Below are positions 48,591 through 58,790 of a DNA stretch of 64,000 nucleotides, in pieces. The notes under the pieces were generated by a model that worked only from the letters and a program-made list of their open reading frames with translations, was not told where the DNA came from and ran no database searches. Made by a program: the position numbers and the translations under genes. This DNA is from Paludibacteraceae bacterium (GTDB taxonomy: Bacteria > Bacteroidota > Bacteroidia > Bacteroidales > Paludibacteraceae): the NCBI GenBank assembly GCA_017454915.1, contig JAFTCC010000064.1, forward strand, positions 91,322 to 155,321. The letters are read 5' to 3'. Position 1 is the first letter of the stretch. Each line of letters starts with the position of its first letter.

Positions 48591-49949
48591 ATGAACCGCA
48601 TACTTGTCATTATGCTACTCTTGTCAGGAGCCCTTGCCGCAATGGGGCAGACAGCCCAAAGCGCCGACAATCTGTTCAACGCCAAGGACTACCCAAAAGC
48701 TCTCGAACAGTACCGCCAGTTGCTCAAAGGCTCGCCATCAAGCCCGCTCTACCAGTACCGCACTGCGCGCTGCCTGCAGGAAATGGGGCATTATGAGGAG
48801 GCTGCGCCATATTTCGATAGTTCATCAAACCGCTACCCGCTCGCTTTTTACTATCTTGCCGTGTGCGAGCAGCAGAACTACAACTTCGACAACGCCATCA
48901 GTGCCGCGGACAATTACCTCGCCACAGAGCCGTCAGACGACAAGCGCGTAACACTCATCAACACTCTACGCGAACAATGCCGCCTTGCGGCGCATTTCAT
49001 CAAACGCATCGACGATATAGCGATAATTGACAGCCAAGTGGTTGACAAACAAGACTTCATGCGGTATTACCACCTTTCAGCTGACGCCGGAGTCATCACC
49101 AATGCAGACGGTGGATTTTGCTACACCAACCAGCGCCGGGACCAAAGAATACTCGCACGCAACGGAAAACTATGGCGGCAAGACAAACTGGTGGACAAAT
49201 GGGAAATGCCTGTGCCACTGCCTATCGACAGCGCAGAAGGCTCCGACTATCCGTTCCTTATGCCTGACGGAGTTACACTCTACTTCGCCGCAAAAGGCGA
49301 CAACAGCATGGGCGGGTACGACATTTTCATCACTCAATACAACGATGCCGGAGAGCGGTACCTCAAACCAGAAAACCTTGGATTCCCCTACAACTCGCCA
49401 GACAACGACTATATGCTCGCTATCGATGAAAATGCAGGAATAGGTTGGTGGTGTACCGACAGGAGGCAAGCGGAAGGCAAAGTCATCATTTACAGCTTCG
49501 TACCAAACGCCGAAATTCAACTCGTAAAAAACGACGAGGACATAATCGGTAGGGCAAAACTCACCAGTCCGAGGAAGGCGCAAGTGGCAGTAAAAGCCAC
49601 TGAACAGAGAGCTGAACAACTCAGAAGAGAAAACAACGACAGCATTTTTGTCGAAATGTTTGACGACGTGGTGTACAGGCACATCAACGACTTCCGCAGC
49701 GACAGCGCCAAACAATGTTATTTAAGCATACAATTCAAGAAACTGGAACTTCAAATCACCGAACAGAGGCTCACCTCGCTGCGGAAAAAATATGCCAACG
49801 GAAACGAGGAAACAAAACAAAAGATTAGCATGGCAATCCTCAACTGCGAGCAAGACATTGAAGACTGCCGCAAGCTTATCAAAGAAGTGACACGCACCAT
49901 GAGGCAACTGGAAAAGGAAGCTATTGAGAAAGAAAACACCGAAAATTAA
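48591..49949 (+). CDS. TPR plus PD40/TolB-like repeat protein with C-terminal coiled coil
   Basis: Signal peptide and TPR-like N-terminus (YPKALEQYRQLL...). PDGVTLYFAAKGDNSMGGYDIF is typical of PD40 repeats. Confidence 0.5.
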   Translation: MNRILVIMLLLSGALAAMGQTAQSADNLFNAKDYPKALEQYRQLLKGSPSSPLYQYRTARCLQEMGHYEEAAPYFDSSSNRYPLAFYYLAVCEQQNYNFDNAISAADNYLATEPSDDKRVTLINTLREQCRLAAHFIKRIDDIAIIDSQVVDKQDFMRYYHLSADAGVITNADGGFCYTNQRRDQRILARNGKLWRQDKLVDKWEMPVPLPIDSAEGSDYPFLMPDGVTLYFAAKGDNSMGGYDIFITQYNDAGERYLKPENLGFPYNSPDNDYMLAIDENAGIGWWCTDRRQAEGKVIIYSFVPNAEIQLVKNDEDIIGRAKLTSPRKAQVAVKATEQRAEQLRRENNDSIFVEMFDDVVYRHINDFRSDSAKQCYLSIQFKKLELQITEQRLTSLRKKYANGNEETKQKISMAILNCEQDIEDCRKLIKEVTRTMRQLEKEAIEKENTEN

Positions 49950-49976
49950 ATACTATAACTCTTAGTAAGACGAGAA

Positions 49977-52900
49977 ATGAAACTATTTTTAAAGATATTT
50001 GGCATAAGCATCAGCGTTCTAATGCTGCTGGTGTTGACTGTCGCGGGCATTTTGCTCTACATGGTTTTCACACCAGAACGGCTGACGCCCATCGTTGACG
50101 GCATGGCAGGCAAATACATCACCTGCGACCACAAAATAGGCAAAGTCGAGCTAACCCTGTTTTCCACGTTCCCCGAAGTCGGGTTGCGCATTGACGATGT
50201 CACACTCATAAACGTCAACTCCGACGCGCCTACCGACACTGTTGCCCACATTGGTTCTGCCATCGGCATAGTTAATATACAGCGCTATCTTGATAGCAAA
50301 GATCTTGAAATCAACAAATTGCTGCTTGACAACGTTGATGCCACACTCTTCACTGACAGCATGGGCAACAGCAACTTTATGGTGTTCCGCTCCGACACTA
50401 CAGAAACAGACTCCGCATCAGCGTGGCCGTTTGGGACAATCAACCTCCATGAACTGAAACTGGGCAATGCCGACATACGCTATATCGACGAAAACCAAGG
50501 CATTGACGCCTGTCTGCGTGGCACAGGCCTTGACATCGAAGGCTCTATGAGCGGCGACAGTATCATCACAGGCAATTTGGTGCTTGACTGCTCAAGCACA
50601 TCTGCGCGCTACCACCACCGCAACTACCTCCGCTCACAACCCGTCAGCGTCAATATGCCATCGTTCCGCGTCAACCTCGACAGTCTGGGCATCAACATGA
50701 GCGGAGCCATTGTCAACCTCGGCGATATGAGCCTTGCCATCGATGGCACTGCCGCACTGCCAAACGACACCATCACCCTCAACATCGATGCCGCCACTAC
50801 CGACGCTTGGGCTATTGACAGTTTGCTGGCGCTCGTCAACCGCAACCTGCCCGAACTCAACCTCAACTATGACATACACGGTGACGCAACGGTAAGCGCG
50901 CACGTGAGCGGACAATACTACACACACCATTACCCCAACATCACTGCAAACGTCAAACTCGACAACGGCAGTGGCAGCTACGGGGATATACCATATAAAC
51001 TTGAGGACGTGAGCGCCGATGCTGACATCATACTCAACCTCGCCGACAGCACTAAATCATGCGTATCGCTCAACAGCCTCGCGGCACGTACACGCCAGTC
51101 TGCCATCAAAGCTAAAGGGCGGATTGACCAACTGTTTGGCGACATGCTACTCAACTTCGACGTCAATGCCGACCTCAACCTGCCCGACCTGAAAGACTTT
51201 TTGCCAAATAACATTGCGCTTAACGGACGGGCGCAGGGACCGCTGACAATCAACACGCGGCTATCGAACATCACCAATAAGCAATTCGACAAAATAGCAG
51301 CATCGACACAACTTAGCGTAACCGACCTCAAGGTTAAGTACGACGATTATTCTGTCGTTGCCGGCAAGGCTGATATAGGTGCGCGTTTGCCCAGCGGAAA
51401 CAAAAAAGCGCAGTTTGCACATATCACCATTAAGAGCGATAACATCGACATCACTCAGCGCGGCAACCTGCATGCCATAGCCCGTAGCGCAGACCTTGCG
51501 GCAGATGTCAACAACCTCACGCGCAGCGACATCTCACATCTCATTGGTGACCTCGCATACGACTTCGGACACCTCACAGCCGATGTCAGCGGAGTGCATG
51601 CCGACCTCGAAAGCCCGAGAGGTAAGGCTGCGATAGACTATGACATGAAAAACAGAACGGCTATACCGGTTGTGGACGCCACGCTTAAAGGCGAAAAAGC
51701 AGAGATTGTCATGGACACGATTAGCGTAAGCCTCAAATCGCCTGACATAAAACTCGCACTCGCCGGGCAGAAACAACGCCGCGACCAAGTGGCAGCTACA
51801 GTCAACTATAAGGGCGGACACATCAAAGCCGCGCTGGGAGAACAGATTAAAGGCGAGTTGGCTACGCTGGCTTTCAACGGCTCTGTTAAGCAAAACGACA
51901 AGCAGTTTGATTTCCTCAACATTTGGAATCCTGACCTCAAAATCAAATTGGGCGACGCTTACGCCGACTTCGCATTGTTGCCTTTCAGGCTCGAAATACC
52001 AGGCATAGACTTCGACTTCACGCCTGACGACATCATCATCCGCGACAGCAGGGTTCGCCTCGGCAACTCCGATTTCTTACTCGAAGGCAACGTCACCAAC
52101 CTCAACCGCTGGTTGTCTGGCGAGGCCAACCTTGGAGGAGACCTCAACTTCACGTCTAACTACACCGACGTCAACCAACTCATGGACCTCACGAGCGGAT
52201 TTGGCGAAAAAGACAGCACTGCTACAGAGCAGATGAACGACGACGGAGACCCGTTCATGGTGCCCAAAGGAGTGGACCTTGTTCTGCACACTCGCATCAG
52301 GAAAGCAGCCATCGGACGACAGATTGCAAACGACCTTGGAGGAAACCTCTACATCAACGACGGAACACTCGTGCTTGAAGAAATGGGATTCATCTGCCAA
52401 GCCGCCAAACTGCAACTCACAGCACTATACCGCACGCCGCGGCGCAACCACATTTACGCCGGAGTGGACCTGCACATGCTTGACATACATATTCACGAGC
52501 TCATAGACATGATTCCTGACGCGCAAGAGATGCTGCCCATGCTCTCATCGTTCAGCGGCAAAGCTGAGTTCCACCTCGCACTCGAAACGTTCATGAACGC
52601 CAAGTATGAACTCAAAACCTCAACATCAATCGGTGCCGCAAGCCTGCAGGGCAAAGACCTCGTGCTGCTCGACAGTGAAACGTTCACAAAAATCGCCAAA
52701 CTGCTCTTGTTCAGGAAAAAGACCGAAAACATAGTGGACAGCATCTCGGCTGAAATCACGCTGTGGAACAGGCAAGTGGACATATATCCGTTCATGATGA
52801 GCATTGACAAATACGCCGCAGCTGTCGGCGGACAGCACAACCTTGACGGCACCTACGACTACCACATCTCGCTCGTCAAACCACTCCCGATTGGCGTCAA

Positions 52901-53057
52901 CGTAAAAACAGGCGACGACAAAAAACTCCATATAAAGCCCACCATGCCAAAATACAAGTCCAATTTCGAACCTGTAAAACGTAATGGAGTGGAAGCGCAG
53001 AACCTCAAACTGCGCGAACAAATCAGAGCTGCACTCAAGAAAAACGTTAAACAATAG
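49977..53057 (+). CDS. AsmA/TamB-like large envelope protein
   Basis: 1026 aa with a single N-terminal TM anchor and a long beta-rich body. The architecture is that of the AsmA-like family. Confidence 0.55.
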   Translation: MKLFLKIFGISISVLMLLVLTVAGILLYMVFTPERLTPIVDGMAGKYITCDHKIGKVELTLFSTFPEVGLRIDDVTLINVNSDAPTDTVAHIGSAIGIVNIQRYLDSKDLEINKLLLDNVDATLFTDSMGNSNFMVFRSDTTETDSASAWPFGTINLHELKLGNADIRYIDENQGIDACLRGTGLDIEGSMSGDSIITGNLVLDCSSTSARYHHRNYLRSQPVSVNMPSFRVNLDSLGINMSGAIVNLGDMSLAIDGTAALPNDTITLNIDAATTDAWAIDSLLALVNRNLPELNLNYDIHGDATVSAHVSGQYYTHHYPNITANVKLDNGSGSYGDIPYKLEDVSADADIILNLADSTKSCVSLNSLAARTRQSAIKAKGRIDQLFGDMLLNFDVNADLNLPDLKDFLPNNIALNGRAQGPLTINTRLSNITNKQFDKIAASTQLSVTDLKVKYDDYSVVAGKADIGARLPSGNKKAQFAHITIKSDNIDITQRGNLHAIARSADLAADVNNLTRSDISHLIGDLAYDFGHLTADVSGVHADLESPRGKAAIDYDMKNRTAIPVVDATLKGEKAEIVMDTISVSLKSPDIKLALAGQKQRRDQVAATVNYKGGHIKAALGEQIKGELATLAFNGSVKQNDKQFDFLNIWNPDLKIKLGDAYADFALLPFRLEIPGIDFDFTPDDIIIRDSRVRLGNSDFLLEGNVTNLNRWLSGEANLGGDLNFTSNYTDVNQLMDLTSGFGEKDSTATEQMNDDGDPFMVPKGVDLVLHTRIRKAAIGRQIANDLGGNLYINDGTLVLEEMGFICQAAKLQLTALYRTPRRNHIYAGVDLHMLDIHIHELIDMIPDAQEMLPMLSSFSGKAEFHLALETFMNAKYELKTSTSIGAASLQGKDLVLLDSETFTKIAKLLLFRKKTENIVDSISAEITLWNRQVDIYPFMMSIDKYAAAVGGQHNLDGTYDYHISLVKPLPIGVNVKTGDDKKLHIKPTMPKYKSNFEPVKRNGVEAQNLKLREQIRAALKKNVKQ

Positions 53058-53061
53058 TCAT

Positions 53062-53097
53062 ACTAAAAAAACTAATCAAACTGGTCAAACCAGACAA
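53062..53097 (+). repeat. degenerate 9-bp periodic array (4 units)
   Basis: Units: ACTAAAAAA ACTAATCAA ACTGGTCAA ACCAGACAA. The array ends 8 nt before the TTG start at 53106. Confidence 0.6.
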
Positions 53098-53105
53098 CAA
53101 AAACT

Positions 53106-54671
53106 TTGAAATCTAAAATACTCATAGTGCTTTTTCTGCTGTCAGCGTGCATATCCCGCGCTGACAGCAGTTTCTTGTGCGACTTCTACGACCACACTTT
53201 TGACGGCGACCCCTACTGGCTGGGAGAGATTGACTATTTCGATTTTGAAGACGGTTGGCTCAGAGGCAATTTGACGGGCAAAGCAAAACACGCCTCTATT
53301 GCCGTGGAGAGCAACATTTTCCCCGAGGCAGACTGGGCATTCTACTATCGGCACGAGTGCCCGCTCAACGCAGGATGCCTCGCACGCGTATGGCTCGCAG
53401 CGGACCGCATTAACCTCCATAATGCGCGAGGATACTACGTGGAAATGGGGGGCGACGGGGTCATATCGCTCAAATTCAGAGGCGACGACGAAACGCTCAC
53501 TCTCTGCGAAACACAACCCATGCTCACTGGCGAAAGCGGTAAAGTGTACGTCGAAGTGTCAAGGAAAAACAACGGGGAATGGGAACTCTGGGTTGGCACA
53601 AAACCTTTATGGACCGACAAGCAAGGCTCTGCCATCCACGACACTTGGCACAACTGCCAATACACCGGCATATACATCGCAGCCACTGATGCCTCGGAAA
53701 GGCGTTGCCACTACTTCGATGACTTCTATGCCGGAGGAGAAGAAGAAACGCCGCAAGGCGAGGACATAGGCTATCAGCCCGACGACCCCGATGACCCAGG
53801 GCACCAGCCTGATGCCGTGGAAGCCGCAGACGGGACTCTGCTCATCAATGAAATCATGTTCCACCCTGAGCAAGGAGGACAAGAGTACATCGAAATCATC
53901 AACCTCACCGACCAAGCCATTGACCTTACGGGCGTTACGCTGACCACAAGAACCAGCAACGGCAAATTCAACACCGGAAACATATTCCCCGAGGGCAGCT
54001 ACGTAATGCCTCACGACGTGGCTGCGCTCACTGCAAACGCCACATTGCTTGCACAGCAGTTTGGCATGGGACAGGACACCACACGCATATTTTCCACACG
54101 ATGGCGGCAAGCGCTCAACAATACCTCGCAAACACTCTTTCTGCTCAACGAAGACAAGACGCTCTGCTTCGACTCTGTATATTACCACAAAAACTACCAT
54201 CACGTTCAAGTTAGCGACGACAGCGGCGTGTCGCTTGAGCGCCTCGGCACAACATTACCAAGTATGGAACGGGACACATGGCACAGCGCCGCAGCACCAT
54301 ATCATGGCACACCCGGACAGCACAACTCGCAGCACATCGACACTGACAAGGAGTACAGCGACGTGCTTAGAGCCGAACCTGAAGCATTCAGCCCTGATGG
54401 TGACGGAGAGGACGACATCTGTCTGCTCTACTACAACATGCCTAAAGAAGGCTACACAGCCACCATACGACTTTTCACACCGACAGGGATGCTCGTGGCT
54501 ACAATAGCCGACAATGCGCTACTCGCACAGAGCGGGTACATCATCTGGGACGGGAGAACCAACAAAGGCAACACAGCACAAATCGGGATCTACGCCCTTG
54601 TCATGCAAGCCACTCACCCAAACGGAAAGGCACTGAAAAAGAAAATCCCCGTCGTGGTAACAGGGAAATAA
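53106..54671 (+). CDS. lamin-tail-domain (LTD) protein with FlgD-Ig/T9SS-type C-terminal domain
   Basis: Signal peptide. LLINEIMFHPEQGGQEYIEIINLTDQAIDLTG is the LTD motif. The C-terminus FSPDGDGEDD...IWDGRTNKGNTAQIGIYALVMQA resembles gliding-type/T9SS CTDs. Confidence 0.6.
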   Translation: MKSKILIVLFLLSACISRADSSFLCDFYDHTFDGDPYWLGEIDYFDFEDGWLRGNLTGKAKHASIAVESNIFPEADWAFYYRHECPLNAGCLARVWLAADRINLHNARGYYVEMGGDGVISLKFRGDDETLTLCETQPMLTGESGKVYVEVSRKNNGEWELWVGTKPLWTDKQGSAIHDTWHNCQYTGIYIAATDASERRCHYFDDFYAGGEEETPQGEDIGYQPDDPDDPGHQPDAVEAADGTLLINEIMFHPEQGGQEYIEIINLTDQAIDLTGVTLTTRTSNGKFNTGNIFPEGSYVMPHDVAALTANATLLAQQFGMGQDTTRIFSTRWRQALNNTSQTLFLLNEDKTLCFDSVYYHKNYHHVQVSDDSGVSLERLGTTLPSMERDTWHSAAAPYHGTPGQHNSQHIDTDKEYSDVLRAEPEAFSPDGDGEDDICLLYYNMPKEGYTATIRLFTPTGMLVATIADNALLAQSGYIIWDGRTNKGNTAQIGIYALVMQATHPNGKALKKKIPVVVTGK

Positions 54672-54699
54672 AAACTCCAAGCACCGCCCCGCTGGGGCT

Positions 54700-54970
54700 G
54701 AAAATGGATTGGCCTTGTTCCGTGGATTCCACCCACGGCTATTTCTGTGCCGCCCCTACGGGGCTGTTTACTGCTGCACCATGTGTCGCGGGGCTGAAAT
54801 TGATTTGATGTTTCCGCCGAAAACCGCGTTAGCGGTGAAACAACATTAGCCGTGGGTAAGTGAGCGACAGCGAACGATAACCCACGGTACAAAGCGCACA
54901 ACATTTTCAAGCCGCGTTAGCGGCGTCACAACATTTTGGCCGTTTTTTTGTGCCCCCCCTACGAGGCTAA
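54700..54970. repeat. composite REP-like element (module X then module Y)
   Basis: 54715-54775 matches 46733-46797, and 54779-54970 matches 46464-46712. Confidence 0.85.
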
Positions 54971-55006
54971 AAAAATTTACCAACGCGCCCGGAGCGCATT
55001 GGTAAA
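54969..55006 (-). terminator. intrinsic terminator of the beta-barrel gene
   Basis: TTTACCAACGCGC / GCGCATTGGTAAA forms a 13-bp stem with one mismatch. On the minus strand it is followed by TTTTTTT. Confidence 0.6.
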
Positions 55007-55035
55007 TAATTTCTTAAAGGTGGGATTAAAAGAAA

Positions 55036-55764
55036 TCAGAAACGGTAACCGACGCGGGCCATGAAACCGAAATGAGTTCCGGCAGAGTTGCCGCCACGAA
55101 AATCTTTTTTAACCATTTGCATAAAGCCTTCTTGAACCATTATGCCAAGGTAGAGGTGCTGATCTAACAAATAAACATCAACGCCTTCTTGCCAACCCAC
55201 GTCAAAGAATTGGTGTGGGCGCTTTTCATCGCCTTTTTCATTATATATTTCTTTTTCCCAAATTGACGTTTTACTCTCTTCATTTCCAAAATCTTCATCG
55301 TCATATTTCGTTTTGTTCAAACCGGCAAAATCAAGGCTTACGTATGGTCCGGTATGCGGACGCAGACCTATTTCGCCACCGCGGAAGTTGAAGTGCCAGC
55401 CAAAGAGGAACGGGGCGACCTGAAAATCAAATGTGTGGAGCGACTCCTTGTAACTTTTATTCTTCCAATGATAACCGCGGGTGCTAAATCCGGCTTGCAA
55501 AACCCATCTTGGACCTGCTTCAACCGGACCACCTTGACCTATTGATTTGAGGTTCCACGATGCCTCAAAACCCAAACGCCAGCCAAAATTAGGCTTAAGG
55601 GCAAGGTCGTTATAACCAGGTTTCAATGACAACACGTCTTGAGAACTTCCAAAGTTTGTTACTATACCTGCGCCAAGATCAACACCAAACTGTGCGTCAC
55701 CCAAAGCAAAAACAGCCTGTAAACTTAAAAGGCATACGGCAATGATTGATAATAATTTCTTCAT
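55036..55764 (-). CDS. small outer-membrane beta-barrel protein (PorT/OmpW-like class)
   Basis: Signal peptide, alternating amphipathic strands, and a C-terminal ...ARVGYRF. 242 aa, a size and context compatible with the PorT family, but this is unverified. Confidence 0.5.
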   Translation of the reverse strand: MKKLLSIIAVCLLSLQAVFALGDAQFGVDLGAGIVTNFGSSQDVLSLKPGYNDLALKPNFGWRLGFEASWNLKSIGQGGPVEAGPRWVLQAGFSTRGYHWKNKSYKESLHTFDFQVAPFLFGWHFNFRGGEIGLRPHTGPYVSLDFAGLNKTKYDDEDFGNEESKTSIWEKEIYNEKGDEKRPHQFFDVGWQEGVDVYLLDQHLYLGIMVQEGFMQMVKKDFRGGNSAGTHFGFMARVGYRF

Positions 55765-55803
55765 AATGCTAAAAGTTTTATTTAGTTAGAGTATTTTATG
55801 CTG

Positions 55804-55811
55804 CAAAGGTA
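55804..55811 (-). promoter_or_regulatory. Bacteroidetes -7 promoter box (TACCTTTG on minus strand)
   Basis: The plus strand reads CAAAGGTA, so the minus strand reads CGTACCTTTGCAG. It lies 40 nt upstream of the ATG at 55764. Confidence 0.5.
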
Positions 55812-55911
55812 CGAAATAATTTCTTACACTATTATGAATTGTAAGAAAAATGCTATAAAACCGCATTCAAATGCACGTTGCGGTTGTTGGAACGGTTTTT
55901 GCTCTAAAAAA

Positions 55912-55965
55912 ACCAGAATAACTAGTCAAACTAGAAAAACTAGAAAAACTAGTCAAACTAGAAAA
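55912..55965 (+). repeat. 9-bp periodic ACTAGnnAA array (6 units)
   Basis: Units: ACCAGAATA ACTAGTCAA ACTAGAAAA ACTAGAAAA ACTAGTCAA ACTAGAAAA. The array ends 20 nt before the porX ATG. Confidence 0.85.
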
Positions 55966-55985
55966 CCCATAAAAGCCGACAAATA

Positions 55986-57524
55986 ATGCGCATTCCTCTT
56001 GTACTATGGGCCGACGATGAGATAGACCTTCTCAAGCCCTACATGATATTCCTCGAGCAAAAAGGCTACGAAGTAATCACGAGCAACAACGGCCGCGACG
56101 CTGTGGAACTCGTCATTAAGCGCAACCCCGACATCGTGTTCCTCGACGAGAACATGCCCGGGCTGAGCGGACTTGAAACACTGCAAATCATCAAGGAGCG
56201 GCGCCCTGACGTGCCTGTGGTCATGATTACCAAAAGCGAAGAGGAGCACATCATGGAAGAAGCCATCGGCTCGAAGATAGCCGACTACCTCATCAAGCCT
56301 GTCAACCCAAACCAGATACTGCTTACGCTCAAAAAACACGTCAGCGGAAAAGAACTCGTCAGCCAACACTCCACAGCAAGTTACCGTGAAGAGTTTTCTG
56401 ACTTCAGCTACGTCATCAGTCAAGCCGCCAGCTTCGACGAATTTTGTGACGTGTACCGCAACCTCGTGCGCTGGAGCTTTGAACTCGCCGACGCAGACCC
56501 GAGCATGCGAGAGTTGCTTGCCACGCAATACAGCGACGCCAACAAAGAGTTCGCACGAGTCGTCAGACGAGACTACAAGGCATGGCTCGACAGCGAAAAC
56601 ATACTGATGAGCCACCGCATTCTGCGCACGCAGGTGCTGCCACGACTCAACAACGAAGAAAAAGTCGCACTCATCGTTATCGACAACTTCCGCTACGACC
56701 AGTGGCGGGCCGTGCAGAGCATCATAACGCAAAAACTGCGAATTGCAAGCGAAAAAATGTACTGCGCCATTCTGCCAACTTCAACGCAATATGCCCGAAA
56801 CTCCATCTTCAGCGGACTCATGCCGCTTCAAATCCAACAACGCTATCCGCAACTATGGGTGGACGAAGGCGATGAGGACAGCAAAAACCAGTTTGAACAT
56901 CAGCTGCTTGACGCGTTTTTCGAGCGGCAACGAAGGCAAATCAGCACAGCATACTACAAGGTCAACGAATCGGCTTTCTGCGAGCGGATAACAGAAAACT
57001 TCCGCCGCAAGCCGCTGCAAGCCAACGTGGTGGCTGTCGTCATCAACTTCATTGACATGCTCAGCCACTCGCGCACAGAAAGCCAGATGATGCGCGAACT
57101 GGCAAAAGACGAACCGGCATATCTCAGCCTCACAAAGTCCTGGTTTGAGCATAGCCCCACACTGGCGCTATTTGAAGAACTCCGAAGACAGGGATACACA
57201 CTGCTGCTCACCACCGACCACGGAACAAAACGAGTGCAGAACCCGGTCAAAGTTATAGGCGACAGGAACACCAACGTCAACATCAGATATAAAGTCGGCA
57301 AAAGCCTTGACTACAACGCAAAAGAAGTCATCGCATTCACACAGCCCAACAACATAGGGCTGCCTGCACCTAACATCTCAAGCCACTACATCTTCGCTCA
57401 AGACCGCGACTTTTTCGCATATCCAAACAACTACAACTACTACGCGTCATTCTTCCGCGACACTTTCCAGCACGGCGGCGTCTCTCTCGAAGAAATGCTC
57501 GTGCCCCTTGTGGAAATCAAATAA
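55986..57524 (+). CDS. porX: response regulator with PglZ/alkaline-phosphatase-like effector domain (PorX-type T9SS regulator)
   Basis: CheY-like receiver (LWADDEIDLLKPY...FLDENMPGLSG...ITKSEE) fused to a roughly 380-aa PglZ-type domain (TTDHGT). The 512-aa length matches PorX. Confidence 0.7.
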   Translation: MRIPLVLWADDEIDLLKPYMIFLEQKGYEVITSNNGRDAVELVIKRNPDIVFLDENMPGLSGLETLQIIKERRPDVPVVMITKSEEEHIMEEAIGSKIADYLIKPVNPNQILLTLKKHVSGKELVSQHSTASYREEFSDFSYVISQAASFDEFCDVYRNLVRWSFELADADPSMRELLATQYSDANKEFARVVRRDYKAWLDSENILMSHRILRTQVLPRLNNEEKVALIVIDNFRYDQWRAVQSIITQKLRIASEKMYCAILPTSTQYARNSIFSGLMPLQIQQRYPQLWVDEGDEDSKNQFEHQLLDAFFERQRRQISTAYYKVNESAFCERITENFRRKPLQANVVAVVINFIDMLSHSRTESQMMRELAKDEPAYLSLTKSWFEHSPTLALFEELRRQGYTLLLTTDHGTKRVQNPVKVIGDRNTNVNIRYKVGKSLDYNAKEVIAFTQPNNIGLPAPNISSHYIFAQDRDFFAYPNNYNYYASFFRDTFQHGGVSLEEMLVPLVEIK

Positions 57525-57529
57525 CGGAT

Positions 57530-58640
57530 TCTTTTAACGAACACGAATTGAACGAATTGTTACCTCTACGGAGTAATGGAGTTTAGGAGGTTTTCGGTAC
57601 GAATTACACGAATAACACGAATTATTTTCATGAACGGCGAAGAGATAAATTCGTTAAATTTGTGTAATTTGTGAACATGAAAAAATCCACGAACACGGAT
57701 AAACGCGGATTTGTTTCGGTACGAATAACACGAATTTCACGAACACGGATAAACACGGGTTACCGCATAGCGGTTTTCGGATGATAGACCGTGAAACGGT
57801 CATCTCTATGGTAACCGCATGTCGCGCCAGCGACTTGCGGTGGTTCACGCCATGACGATGCACGCTGACGGCGTGCCCTTATCCGCGCGTTTTGTCGCGT
57901 GGTGATTGCGATTTGACGGGTGTGGCAATATGGCACGCTTCCAGCGTGCTGTCACATATTCCGCCCAAACCGCAGGTGGCTCCGCTACCTGCGGTTACTC
58001 TATATGTGACCGCGCTGCGGTCTGAAGCGTCAGGCATTTTTTCGAAAATTCCTAACGGAATAATAATTGAATCCTCTATATTTCTATCATTCGGAATGCC
58101 ATACGGGCAATGTCGGCAACATTTTGCGTCACCGCTGACGCGGTTTTTTGTGGGTTGGCGTTGTCCGTGGGCGGCGCAAGCTTGCCCACGGCTATTTTGT
58201 GCCGCCACTCCGTGGCTGTCATTACCGCGTAGCGATTTCCGAATGATAGCAAATCGTTTCCAAAAAATCATTTACCCTATCGGGGTTTCCGAATGATAGC
58301 TTTACGCCACCCCTTAATCATTTACCCCATCGGGGTTTTCGAAAATTCCCGCTCGGCTGCGAAGCAGACGCTTTTAAGCGAAGCGAAAAAGAACGGAATA
58401 ATATATATTATCCGCTTCATTGCTATCATTCGAAATGCCATACGGGCAAGGCCCACGGCTATTTTGTACCGCCCCTACGGGGCTGTCCGACTTTGTCCTG
58501 CTTTGTCCTGCTTTGTCCGATTTTGTCCTGCTTGTTGCTCCACTGATGTACAACAGATGCTCCACAAATGTGCAACTATAAAACAAGCGTCAGCATTGTT
58601 TGGCAAAAAAAATCAAAAAATCCACAATAAATGACTATAA
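57530..58640. repeat. repeat-dense non-coding spacer
   Basis: Multiple short duplicated blocks occur here: GGTACGAATWACACGAAT, CACGAACACGGATAAAC, TTCCGAATGATAGC, AATCATTTACCCYATCGGGGTTT, TCATTCGRAATGCCATACGGGCAA, and two module-X copies. Confidence 0.8.
58491..58530. repeat. 10-bp tandem repeat (4 units)
   Basis: Units: CTTTGTCCTG CTTTGTCCTG CTTTGTCCGA TTTTGTCCTG. Confidence 0.9.
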
Positions 58641-58790
58641 GTAGTTGATTATTTGAAAAAAAATAGCGAAATTTGTAGCGGAGAAATATCCATTCACGAA
58701 AAGGTCATTCTCAAAAAAAGGGAAAAGGCACTTTTCTAAAAAACGGGAAAAGGTTATTGTCAAAAAAATCAGAAAAATACCATTAGTACT

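Noticed and set aside
54614-54910. 98-aa minus-strand ORF, and the similar 66-aa ORF at 46443-46643 sharing AHxPTANxVSPLxRF
   Set aside because: The similarity arises because both lie in copies of REP-like module Y. Neither has a start context or coding-like composition, and one spans a tandem duplication.
55986-57524. PglZ domain as a marker of a BREX or other phage-defence system
   Set aside because: The PglZ domain is fused to a CheY receiver, which is the PorX architecture. No BrxC, PglX methyltransferase or other BREX genes are nearby.
57654-58634. ORFs of 69-134 aa in the repeat-dense spacer (57654-57863, 57879-58271, 57892-58296, 58293-58634, 58374-58586)
   Set aside because: They overlap each other on both strands, are built from the duplicated non-coding blocks, and have no motifs or start context.
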